NCBI GenBank assembly: GCA_047285805.1
Contig: JBJBCN010000002.1
Span: 512,001 to 576,000, forward strand
Length of the DNA stretch: 64,000 nt
Direction of reading: 5' to 3'
Source of the DNA: Synechococcus sp.
GTDB taxonomy: Bacteria > Cyanobacteriota > Cyanobacteriia > PCC-6307 > Cyanobiaceae
The position numbers were made by a program, and so were the translations under genes. This document shows, in pieces, positions 51,309-60,200 of this stretch (position 1 is the first letter of the stretch; every line of letters starts with the position of its first letter). The notes beneath the pieces are model-generated. The model was not told the DNA's origin and did no database searches. It was given only the letters and a program-made list of their open reading frames with translations.

Positions 51309-51698
51309 ATGGCGCTGCGCTGGGCTGACTTCATCACCCCATCAACCCTTCAACTGGCTCCATTGTTGGAGCTGTTGTTGGAGCCGATTCAAACGGCGGA
51401 TCAACTGGCCACCCTCCAGCTGGGTCTTCAGGAGGTCTTGGTGAATGCCGTCCGACATGGCAACGGCAATGACCCGCTGAAGTGTGTGCGAGTTCGCCGG
51501 ATCCTTACGCCCCAGTGGTGTGTCTTTCAGGTACAGGACGAGGGACCGGGGGTCCCGCCCCAGGCTCGCTTGTCAGCCCTTCCCGAACGCCTCGATGACC
51601 TGAGCGGTCGCGGTTTCTTTCTGATCCACCAGTGCTTTGACGATGTGCGCTGGAGTCGTCGCGGCAACCGGGTTCAGGTTGCGCTGCGCCGGGCCTAG
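51309..51698 (+). CDS. anti-sigma-type ATP-binding protein (HATPase_c_2)
   Basis: LQEVLVNAVRHGN, QDEGPG, SGRGFFLI. Confidence 0.88.
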   Translation: MALRWADFITPSTLQLAPLLELLLEPIQTADQLATLQLGLQEVLVNAVRHGNGNDPLKCVRVRRILTPQWCVFQVQDEGPGVPPQARLSALPERLDDLSGRGFFLIHQCFDDVRWSRRGNRVQVALRRA

Positions 51699-52000
51699 TG
51701 GCCGTGGCTGGGGCAACCCGGGTCTTTGCGCTCCCCTGTCAGCCAGCCGAGGGCATGTTCCACCAGTGCGGTCGCTTCCCGACGCTGAGGGCTAATGGTC
51801 GCACCCGCTGGGCTGTTCTCGTTGTCGAGGAGCAACACGAGTGCCGCCACCAGTTGCTCGGCAGCCCGGCGTTGGGGCTGCCCTTTGAGCGCATGCCAGT
51901 CCTGGTTGCCGATCGCCAGCTTTTGATGCAGCGCTTGAGCCAGCTGCTGACTCTCCAAAGGCCATTTCTGTGGATTTTGCTTTGCCTGATGGGCTTGCAC
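51695..52000 (-). CDS. conserved hypothetical protein (DUF6439-like)
   Basis: DWHALK...RAAEQL...ALGWL...DPGCPSHG. Confidence 0.75.
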   Translation of the reverse strand: MQAHQAKQNPQKWPLESQQLAQALHQKLAIGNQDWHALKGQPQRRAAEQLVAALVLLLDNENSPAGATISPQRREATALVEHALGWLTGERKDPGCPSHGH

Positions 52001-52036
52001 TGGACGTATCCATTCACATCGGGGCATCCTGACGCC

Positions 52037-52309
52037 ATGCAACAGCGACCGCGTTCCCTCTATCAGCCGATCCGCTGGCTGCATCAGCTGGCCAACCTCT
52101 TGGCCACGGTCTCGGCGGCTGAACGCCTCGATCCACTCGACGACAGTCTCCAGGCCCGTCGCCTGCGCCAGCGCCTGGCGGCAGCCCAGCGTTTGCTGGA
52201 TCCACTCCCGGTACCCCTCCAGGCGAGTGTGTGGAGCGAGCGGGCTGTTTGGCAGTTCCTGCGGTGGGGTGGTCTTGGAGCGTTGCTGGCTGTACTTCTG
52301 AAGCGCTAG
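52037..52309 (+). CDS. hypothetical membrane protein
   Basis: C-terminal TM FLRWGGLGALLAVLL. Confidence 0.6.
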   Translation: MQQRPRSLYQPIRWLHQLANLLATVSAAERLDPLDDSLQARRLRQRLAAAQRLLDPLPVPLQASVWSERAVWQFLRWGGLGALLAVLLKR

Positions 52310-52319
52310 CTATGGCCGG

Positions 52320-52631
52320 CTACGCCGCGACTTGGATCAACGACTGATCGACTGGCGCTTCGCTTGGGTCGACCTCGAGTCCCTCAACGCCCTTATCAGC
52401 ACTGGTCTCGGTCATCCCCTCCCCGCGAAGCCAAGCAGCACGAAGGGCGCGGCGGCGGCGATCTTCGGCCAGGACCAAGCGATCCGCTGCGGCGATCGGG
52501 CTTTCGCCGTAGCGAAGCGGTGTACGGAGACAGATGCCAAAGCCGCGGGCTTCCACTTGAACACCCCCTTCCATAAGCACGGTTTGGAACGTCCAGCCCA
52601 TGAGCCATCGCACCTTGAAGGGATTGGACAT
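52320..52631 (-). CDS. conserved hypothetical protein
   Basis: MSNPFKVRWL.GWTFQ.V.MEG.VQVEA.GFGICLRT, a picocyanobacterial family pattern. Confidence 0.7.
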   Translation of the reverse strand: MSNPFKVRWLMGWTFQTVLMEGGVQVEARGFGICLRTPLRYGESPIAAADRLVLAEDRRRRALRAAWLRGEGMTETSADKGVEGLEVDPSEAPVDQSLIQVAA

Positions 52632-52686
52632 CCGCCACTTGGGTTTCGTAGACCCTATGGACTTTTTCGAGGGAGGTCCGCCTGTG

Positions 52687-53742
52687 TCAGGGCTTGGTGG
52701 CACTCCAGACGCGCGTCATCAGATGCGATTGGGCCCGAATCCCGCTAAACCCAGCAGCGCTCAATCGAGCGTCGATGTCATCGGCGATGTAATCGCGGTA
52801 ATAGGGCTCATGGAAGACGCGTCGGAAGTTGTCCATAGCCACTTCAAATTGCGGGGAGTCGGCCAGTTGGACCGAATCCGCCAACACCAGAACACCACCC
52901 GGTTCGAGAACGCGGAAGCAGTCGTTAATCACTGCTTGGCGTGCCTCGGCGGGCAGCTCGTGCATTAAAAAGACACAGGTCACCCCCTGCATGCTGCCTT
53001 CCGCGAAGGGCATTGCTTCGGCATTGCCTTTGACCAGCTGTGGCAGTTCCGAGGGTCGCTGCGAGAGCCAACGGTTGGCTTGGCGAAGATAGGAGGAGGA
53101 CAGGTCCAGGCCGCAGAGCTGGGCCTTGGGCAGGGCGGCCCGCAATTGATGCAGGGTGCGTCCGGTGCCTGTGGCGATGTCCAAGACGCGCAGTGCACTG
53201 GATGGACGTCCTTCAAACGCACGTAGCCCCTGCAGCAGAGGCTTGATCACACGACGCCGCATGGGGTCTGCGGTGCCGTTGAACAGAATTTCCACCTGCA
53301 GGTCGTAGAGCGATGCCGAGTGGTCGCTCAGGTAGCCATCGGTTTGATGGTGGAAGTTTTGCAGGTAGTAGTCGGGGTAGTTCTCCTGCTCGACGCTGGT
53401 TGGCAGATCACGCACATTTCTCTCGGAACGCCTGGTCCAAGTGCTGGGCATGTCCAGCCAGACCATGGGGTAGCGGGCAGCCCAATCCCCCCATGGGGAA
53501 TCAAAGAGCAGGGAGGTGGGATAGAGACCAACTTCAGCTTCCTGCCAGTCCACGTCCAATAACGCTTTGTGGGAGGCCTGCAGGTCCCGCAGCATCTCGG
53601 GTGGGATGGGCAGCGTTTTGGGCGCTCCATCGGGTGCGACCAGTTCCATAAGCCGCGTGCTGATCTCCTTGTGGGCGACTCCGACCAGGCTCTTGCCCTG
53701 TTGCAGGGCCTCATAGGCGAGCTTGGTGATGGCGTCTGCCAT
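52687..53742 (-). CDS. class I SAM-dependent methyltransferase
   Basis: YYLQNFHHQTDGYLS, VLDIATGTG, VFLMHELP. Confidence 0.9.
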   Translation of the reverse strand: MADAITKLAYEALQQGKSLVGVAHKEISTRLMELVAPDGAPKTLPIPPEMLRDLQASHKALLDVDWQEAEVGLYPTSLLFDSPWGDWAARYPMVWLDMPSTWTRRSERNVRDLPTSVEQENYPDYYLQNFHHQTDGYLSDHSASLYDLQVEILFNGTADPMRRRVIKPLLQGLRAFEGRPSSALRVLDIATGTGRTLHQLRAALPKAQLCGLDLSSSYLRQANRWLSQRPSELPQLVKGNAEAMPFAEGSMQGVTCVFLMHELPAEARQAVINDCFRVLEPGGVLVLADSVQLADSPQFEVAMDNFRRVFHEPYYRDYIADDIDARLSAAGFSGIRAQSHLMTRVWSATKP

Positions 53743-53856
53743 GGGCGGGTGTCAGGTGAAATCAAGCGGCATCCATTTCAGCTGATGGAATGCCACCGCC
53801 GTGGCCGTGTATCCCATTTAACGCAGATCAAGATTGATGGAGTTACGGTTTTTTTG

Positions 53857-53870
53857 GTAGCAACGGCTAC
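53857..53870. promoter_or_regulatory. NtcA binding site
   Basis: Perfect GTA-GCAACGGC-TAC with A/T-rich flanks; a second GTA-N8-AAC at 53809-53822. Confidence 0.7.
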
Positions 53871-53911
53871 AAAATAGAAGAGTGAAGCAGGAATGTAGAA
53901 GGAGGAATCTG

Positions 53912-54142
53912 ATGATCGAGTCCACCCCCACCGCTCGCTGGAACGAGCCCCATTACGTCGCTTGGGTGCGGGAGCATCAGCGCGCTGCCCGTCGCGTCTC
54001 CGCTTGGCTCTCCCAGCGCCGTGCCAAGCCCGATCTTGACCATGAAGAACGGGTGGACGCTCAGGCCCTGGTGTGGGCCGAGCGCCATGCCCATGAGCAC
54101 CGGCTGCACGACAGCGCCCTCGAGCAGCTTCGCCACGGCTAA
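53912..54142 (+). CDS. small protein, GifA/PirA-like nitrogen regulator candidate
   Basis: AGGAGG RBS at 53900-53905; 76 aa; C-terminal AQALVWAERHAHEHRLHDSALEQ. Confidence 0.6.
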   Translation: MIESTPTARWNEPHYVAWVREHQRAARRVSAWLSQRRAKPDLDHEERVDAQALVWAERHAHEHRLHDSALEQLRHG

Positions 54143-54151
54143 GTCGGCACG

Positions 54152-54175
54152 AAAAAGCCCCGCCGAAGCCGGGGT
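54152..54175. terminator. hairpin at the left edge of the island
   Basis: AAAAA-GCCCCG...CGGGGT. Confidence 0.5.
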
Positions 54176-54500
54176 AGTGGTCGCTGCGACGTCGATCAGC
54201 CGTCGCAGTACTTGGTGGACTAAGCCTCAGTATTGAGTCAATTGGCAAAACCAGACATAGCAATTGTTCTCAGCGGTCTGACAACGACTGCTATCTAGGT
54301 CGTTGGCTGTCCCATTCACGCCGGCCACTACTGATGCGTGCAGGCGATTTGAGTTGTAACTACTCCAGGCAAGAAAGCCAGCTGCAAGACACCCAGCTTG
54401 TGCTCAGCTCAAAAACGAGACTGGGTGAGGGGGTGATTCGAGACGATGTCACAATCGAATGGGGGCTCTGAGATTTTTGGTGAGGATCGTTCACCAAGCG

Positions 54501-54776
54501 CTCCTAGAGAAAGCTGAAGAGGTTGTGAATCCGCAGCTTGCCCGCGGCGGCAAGCTGGACCAAAAGTTCGCCGCGATCGATCGCAAGTCCGTCATCAACT
54601 GCAACCTGAATTGGAGCCCAAGTCCTGCCCATCAAAACGATGAGGTAATGCTGGTGATCCGCTGGCCTTAGGTCGCTGCCCACTTCAGCCGCGTTATGGA
54701 TCGCCTCTGGCTCAGTTCCGATCGGCGCATCACCGAACGGTTGCGGCGAAAGCAGGAACGCAACCGCCTGTGCTGA
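54501..54776 (+). pseudogene. C-terminal remnant of a phospholipase-D-domain nuclease (ComA-like)
   Basis: PQLARGGKLDQKFAAIDRKSVINCNLNWSPSPAHQNDEVMLVI, in-frame TAG, VAAHFSRVMDRLW; a decayed HxKxxxxD...GSxNW...NDE motif. Confidence 0.7.
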
Positions 54777-55341
54777 GGACTGTCGCAGTCCGCTTCTTAG
54801 TTTCCAATGGTGGCAACGAACTGCCTGACGACTGCGTGGGCCATCAATGAATCCTCCTGGCACTCCTGCAGCCACCTCATCCAGAGCTTCTGCGGACACG
54901 CACTGAGAGAGCTCAGTGACCCGACAAGGGGGAGGTCATTCCGCTTCCACAAAACACTCCTTGCCGCGAGCTGGTGCTGGGGGGCTCTTGGTTGGGCACA
55001 TACGTAGGTAACTGACAGATGGCACTGCAGTGATTCCGAGCACCGGTATGTACCCGCGCCCTTCATACCTTCATACGGAGGGAACATCGAAGCCTTCTGT
55101 TCGTATCCGGGCGGAGGCTTTTCTCTCTAACTGCGTGGCGAGACAATACGGGAGCCCCACCCCACCTCAAAAATTCCTACTAGCAAGTAGTGGTCTGGAT
55201 GTTTTAGTTGGGTACAGAGAATGGTAACTGATTGATGCCAGCGAAGTAATTTTAGCAACGATGTCCGACTGCCCTCTCCATACCGTAATTAGGAGAGAAC
55301 TCCTTGTCCTTCTGTTCCCTTTCCCCTCCTGAAATTCGCCA

Positions 55342-55533
55342 ATGGATGACGCAGTGCCTATGGATAGGGTGGCTCGGGAGCGACTGGGACTCCTTTCTCA
55401 GCTTTGGAAGCTGACCCCTGGGCAACGCTCTCAGATGCTTCGACAATTTGGAGCGACGACAACTATGTGCGATACAACCATCCCTGTCGAAGTGGCGATG
55501 CGTGCTCTCCAGATTGCGAAGGCCTCGGGGTGA
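55342..55533 (+). CDS. small hypothetical protein
   Basis: 63-aa ORF followed by a terminator-like hairpin AGCCGGT/ACCGGCT at 55571-55589. Confidence 0.4.
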   Translation: MDDAVPMDRVARERLGLLSQLWKLTPGQRSQMLRQFGATTTMCDTTIPVEVAMRALQIAKASG

Positions 55534-56156
55534 TTTCCTAGGTGGGGAGCTGTCTGGAGTGCGAGAAAAAAGCCGGTCACCAACCGGCTCCTTTCTTTCC
55601 CTGTGGACTGCACTCAGCGGTTATGGCTCACGTCTACACAAAATGCCAGTAAGCGGGTGCGCAGTTGCAATTGAGCTTCTCTACAAACACTAGCTTCACC
55701 CCAATGGGCTTTGCCATAAATGATCCGAGGAACGCTGATTGGGTGCCGACTTCAGTCCAAGCAACTGCAACAGGGAGATCACCTGACCAAGAAGTGTCGT
55801 CAATGGATGACCAGACGGGAAAAGCAGCTCGGCTGGTGCCCAGAGGTCGCCTGATGACGAATGACGTTCTCCCCTATGGACTGCTTCGGACGCCAGGAGC
55901 AGGTCTCCACTGCTGCCTATACTGCCGTCCTTACGACAGCAACTACTGCCACCTTCATGAGGGCTCTATCCCTGGACCGAAGGTGTCATCAGTCAAGTGC
56001 TGGAACAGTGCACATGGTTTAAAGCTCGACTGAGCAAGTGTTTCTAGCCCTGAAGGCGAGTGACAAGTTCCTTAAAGCCTTTATCTCAAAACAGGAGAAA
56101 ATTAATCCACCCGCGAAGGAATAAATTTTCACACTTACAGCTGTAGGTTTGTTTAT

Positions 56157-57383
56157 CTATAACAAGCCCACGGAATAAGGATGCTCGCCCAGGACGAAGT
56201 CAATTAGGCTACCTTCGTGCTCGATGAGAGCTTTTTCGTACTCTATCCCTAAATTAGAAGCTTCAATCAGGATGTCTTGAGCTCGCCACTGTGTTGGGAT
56301 AATTAGGACATCAGGCTTCCACTTGAGCAGCTCTTCGGGTGCCTTGATCTCTTGTCCTACGCCAGGCACATAAGTCCCGATCTTGCGAAGATCTGAATCA
56401 ACTACGATTTGAATATCTTCACAGCTGATTCCGTAGTGGTGCATAAAAGCAGCACATTTCCCTGTCCCTCCCCAGATCGCCACTCGCTTACCTTGCGTCA
56501 AGAGCATTGAGATCTGATTGGAAATTGTTGATATGGAAGTCGTTGTGGAGGCAGAGTAAAGCAGAGCTTCTTCCTTAATGCTTCTCTGTCTTTGACCTGG
56601 ACATAGCTCTACGAGACCGCAGACAACCTCTCCATCATATGCATGAGATATGTTAACGACCTGTCCTGCGCTTGACAGCAAGTATTTGAATGACTCAGTT
56701 GTAAATTGCGACGGGTGCTCATAGTAAAAGTCTGCTAGCCGCCTCGTGCTAAAAACCCTATCAATGCATGGAACTTCGCAATAAAGGTAGACTGATTTCT
56801 CTATCTCATTGCTGGCCCATGCTAATGAGTGGAGGAATGATGATGGCGCTGTCAGATGCTCGATGACATGTCTCATCAAAAGAAGATCAGGCTGAAGCTT
56901 CTTCAGATGCTCAAACGGGTCGAATAGTGATTTATGAAATTCGATAGATATCTCGCTAAGATTTACATCTCCCGATGGATCAAAGCCCAAGAATCTGCCT
57001 TTGCCTTGATACGAATTCGCCATACTGCCTAAAAAACTGCCATCACCACAGCCAATATCAATGACAATTGGCTCGGGCGGAAGTGAATTTGCAAGTCTGT
57101 CTCTTAAATTACCAAGATGATCTTTCCATATTGCCCCACGATTAAACATTTTGTTTGGCTTGTCGCCATAAGGTATATCTTTCCAGTCAAATAGGTGATT
57201 CCATACATGTGAACAATTAAGGCACTGGATGTATTCTTGTTCAAATGTGGGCACTTGTAGCGCTGCCTTCTGTGAATCAGCCCAGGCAATCGTTGCTAGA
57301 GGTTTCTTGCCTGCTTTAAAAATAGTGACAGCTAGTGTGTAGCCACAAACAGGGCATTGCTTGCATTGATATGACCTTCTCAT
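56157..57383 (-). CDS. SAM-dependent C-methyltransferase (NDP-sugar methyltransferase-like)
   Basis: CPVC...CLNC zinc site, IDIGCGDG, RHVIEH, FYYEH, AIWGGTGK, VVDSD..KIG; ATGA-coupled to the upstream gene. Confidence 0.85.
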   Translation of the reverse strand: MRRSYQCKQCPVCGYTLAVTIFKAGKKPLATIAWADSQKAALQVPTFEQEYIQCLNCSHVWNHLFDWKDIPYGDKPNKMFNRGAIWKDHLGNLRDRLANSLPPEPIVIDIGCGDGSFLGSMANSYQGKGRFLGFDPSGDVNLSEISIEFHKSLFDPFEHLKKLQPDLLLMRHVIEHLTAPSSFLHSLAWASNEIEKSVYLYCEVPCIDRVFSTRRLADFYYEHPSQFTTESFKYLLSSAGQVVNISHAYDGEVVCGLVELCPGQRQRSIKEEALLYSASTTTSISTISNQISMLLTQGKRVAIWGGTGKCAAFMHHYGISCEDIQIVVDSDLRKIGTYVPGVGQEIKAPEELLKWKPDVLIIPTQWRAQDILIEASNLGIEYEKALIEHEGSLIDFVLGEHPYSVGLL

Positions 57384-59755
57384 GCCTGGAAATTTATGGC
57401 TGACTGCCATTCTAGGGGAAGCTTCCGTCCAGCTCTATCGCTTTCAATGGCGGCAAAGATAAATTCTATAAACTCGTCGCCCGCCTCTTGATCATTGAAT
57501 AAGTGCTGTTGAGCAGCATTGCGAATATCATCCTTCAACCTATCCCTTATATCGCTGGATTCTGCAAGTCTTTTGCACCACTCGACGTATTCATCGGGGC
57601 TTCTTGCTACTGGAGCATTTTCAAGATTCATCTGCTGATATCCCCCTGCGACAATCCTGCCACGCATATAATTTCCTGGCATTGTGATCAGTGGAGTCCC
57701 CACTGCCATTGCTTCATAGAATGTATTGCCGCTTCCGAAGTAAAAAGGATCAAGAAGAAGATCCATTGAATCAAGAAACTCTAGATATATATCGCTATTC
57801 ATGCGTGGCAGAAACACCGAATTCTTTGCGACTGTTGGAGCTCTTCTCCTCCATCTATCTTTCAGTCGCTCAGTCTGCAAATTGCTGTGCCCGTTAATTA
57901 AGACAAAACATGCTGATGGCACCTCTAACGCAATGCTCTCAAGTATTTCATCGTAATCGGGGTGAAACTTAAAGAGGCTTTGCGGTATTCCAATGAGAAC
58001 TCGATCACTGGGCAATTCCTTGAAGTTACATTGTGAGGAGCTGCTTTCTTTGCGAACTGGCTCATCGTAGATACAGGGAAGACGCGATAAGAGTACCAGC
58101 TGTTCTGCATAGTAATCTTGAGAATTCTCTGATTCAATGAGGCTAGAGCTGACAAAGTAGTCAATTGTTGACAGACCAGTCGTATTGGGATGCCCCCAGC
58201 TCGTCATTTGAATCGGCGCCAGCCTTGATAGCGCCATTTGATAAGTGAAGGGCGACATCCCGATATCAGGATAGAACAAGACATCAAGTTGTTCTCCCAG
58301 AACTCTTTCGCAAGCCAGCATGTAGTTCGCAGGAAGATCAATAACTTTAGAGCAGGTCTTGCTAATTATCTTTCTGTGGTTATCTCTCTTGGTGTCGTTC
58401 GGGTAAAGAAGTATGGTTTCGCAATTCGATGCATTCATTCTTTCAATTATTCCGCTGTAGAGTCTTCCTATTGTGTGATTACCAAGAAACTGAGAGCATA
58501 TTCCAATCCTCGGCATGCTTTTCATACGCCTGGCTGGCAAGTCTGATTCTGCCTGGCGTATAAAACCTCTCGTGAATGGGGATGACTTGATTGAGCTTGA
58601 GATCTTTTCAAGCAACGCTCGATCATCATGGCAGTTGTGATATGCGATCCAAAACATGTCAGTCTCTAGCGCCTTCTGCGGGCGTCTGGGGTTATTTGGC
58701 GCCTCTAGTAGTACAAGCTGATCTAAACCCTCTTTGTATTTCTGGCGTGCCTCGTTGATGTCCTCCTGGCATTCGTAGAATTCTTTAAAATATAATCTGC
58801 TCTTCATCCAGTAAAGCGGTGTTTCGGGGGATTGCATGGATGCAATACCCCATTCGTCTATGGCAGCGTGTAGATCACCCTGCGCCTTGAGAGCATTGCC
58901 CAGGTTGTAGTGAGCATCTGGGAAGTTAGGCTTAAGTTGAAGAGCCGTATTGTAGGAAGCGATGGCAGCGTCTAGTTCATCCTGCTCCTGGAGAGCAATA
59001 CCCAGGTTGTTGTGAGCCTCTGGGTAGTTGGGCTTGAGTTGAAGAGCCGTGTTGTAGGAGGCAATGGCAGCGGTAAGATCACCCTGTGCCTTGAAAGCAT
59101 TACCCAGGTTGTTGTGAGCCTCTGGGTAGTTGGGCTTAAGTTGAAGAGCCTTGTTGTAGGAGGCAATGGCAACGTCTAGATCACCCTGGGCTTTGAGAGC
59201 ATTGCCCAGGTTGTTGTGAGCCTCTGGGAAGTTGGACTTAAGTTCAAAAGCTGTGATGTAGGAGGCAATGGCAGCTTGTAGATCACCCTGTTCCTTGAGA
59301 GCAATACCCAGGTTGTTGTGAGCCTCTGGGAAGTTGGGCTTAAGTTGAAGAGCCGTGTTGTAGGAGGCAATGGCAGCTTGTAGATCACCCTGCTCCTTGA
59401 GAGCAATACCCAGGTTGTTGTGACCCTGTGGGTAGTTGGGCTTGAGTTGAAGAGCCGTGTTGTAGGAGGCAATGGCAGCTTGTAGATCACCCTGCGCCTT
59501 TAGAGCAATACCCAGGTCGTTGTGACCTTCTGGATAGTCGGGATTGATTTCTAATGCTTTTTGGAGAAGCTGAATGCTTTCTTTATGCCTACCTTCCATT
59601 AGGTAGATTGCTGCCAGGTGCCCGTAGACAATGTGATCTTTCGTTCCTTCGGTGATCAGCTCTTTGTAAATCGCTCCTGCTTCTTGAAGCTTCCCCTGAT
59701 GGATTAGCGCGACAGCCTGCTGTTCCTTCGCGGCGTGATCAGACATCGTGTTCAA
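57380..59755 (-). CDS. TPR-repeat O-GlcNAc transferase-like glycosyltransferase (GT41/SPINDLY)
   Basis: N-terminal TPRs; NHTIG, RLAPIQMTSWGHPNTTGL..IDYF, QSLFKFHP, LLLDPFYFGSGNTFYEA. Confidence 0.9.
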   Translation of the reverse strand: MNTMSDHAAKEQQAVALIHQGKLQEAGAIYKELITEGTKDHIVYGHLAAIYLMEGRHKESIQLLQKALEINPDYPEGHNDLGIALKAQGDLQAAIASYNTALQLKPNYPQGHNNLGIALKEQGDLQAAIASYNTALQLKPNFPEAHNNLGIALKEQGDLQAAIASYITAFELKSNFPEAHNNLGNALKAQGDLDVAIASYNKALQLKPNYPEAHNNLGNAFKAQGDLTAAIASYNTALQLKPNYPEAHNNLGIALQEQDELDAAIASYNTALQLKPNFPDAHYNLGNALKAQGDLHAAIDEWGIASMQSPETPLYWMKSRLYFKEFYECQEDINEARQKYKEGLDQLVLLEAPNNPRRPQKALETDMFWIAYHNCHDDRALLEKISSSIKSSPFTRGFIRQAESDLPARRMKSMPRIGICSQFLGNHTIGRLYSGIIERMNASNCETILLYPNDTKRDNHRKIISKTCSKVIDLPANYMLACERVLGEQLDVLFYPDIGMSPFTYQMALSRLAPIQMTSWGHPNTTGLSTIDYFVSSSLIESENSQDYYAEQLVLLSRLPCIYDEPVRKESSSSQCNFKELPSDRVLIGIPQSLFKFHPDYDEILESIALEVPSACFVLINGHSNLQTERLKDRWRRRAPTVAKNSVFLPRMNSDIYLEFLDSMDLLLDPFYFGSGNTFYEAMAVGTPLITMPGNYMRGRIVAGGYQQMNLENAPVARSPDEYVEWCKRLAESSDIRDRLKDDIRNAAQQHLFNDQEAGDEFIEFIFAAIESDRAGRKLPLEWQSAINFQA
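58860..59545 (-). repeat. 102-bp tandem repeats encoding TPRs (about 6.5-7 units)
   Basis: Near-identical units PEAHNNLG(I/N)AL K.QGDL.AAIASYNTALQLKPN(Y/F), conserved at nucleotide level. Confidence 0.9.
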
Positions 59756-60125
59756 CTCCGCTGTAGAAGCATAACGTCTGAGCCACCAACAAAGATCTGG
59801 CGAATCTACTGCCCACCTAACTTGATTTGAAACTCCATGCCAGGTTCAAGACCAGGCATCCCGGTGTATGCCTTGCCTATCAGCAGGTTGGAATTCTTTT
59901 GAACCTTTTGGCAAGGCGTTCTGCAGCCGTTGGAAGCTTCGCCAGCTCTATTTCCTGGTCGGTCTTGGCCAGGCAGCTGATGGATTTCCTACGAGCTTCT
60001 GCGAGTTCGTGTCCGAGCCGTATACGCCAAATCTTTTTGCCGATCTGCTCTTGCAGCGCTCTTGGCACCGCTCCGGAGAACCACCAGTCCTTGACTTGCT
60101 GAATCAGATAGGGGGGTTTGGCCAG

Positions 60126-60177
60126 AAAAAAAGGACCCTGCTATCTAGACCACACGATAGGGCTAGAAGCAGGATCC
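60126..60177 (-). terminator. long hairpin terminator of glnA
   Basis: GGACCCTGCTATCTAG.../...CTAGAAGCAGGATCC imperfect stem with an A7 run on its left. Confidence 0.7.
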
Positions 60178-60200
60178 CAGTTGAATGCTGGCCTATGGGA

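Noticed and set aside
54797..54925. Nif11/CCRG-2-like RiPP precursor (ELSQCVSAEALDEVAAG on the minus strand)
   Set aside because: Only a loose leader resemblance, no clear start/RBS or short core, and no maturation enzyme nearby
55665..56033. Cys/His-rich ORF in the island (HCCLYC...YCHLH...C)
   Set aside because: Could be a small metal-binding gene or a remnant, but there is no clear start/RBS or family match, so it cannot be supported
58860..59545. CRISPR array or DGR template/variable repeat
   Set aside because: The repeats are 102-bp in-frame TPR units without unique spacers; no cas or reverse transcriptase gene is present
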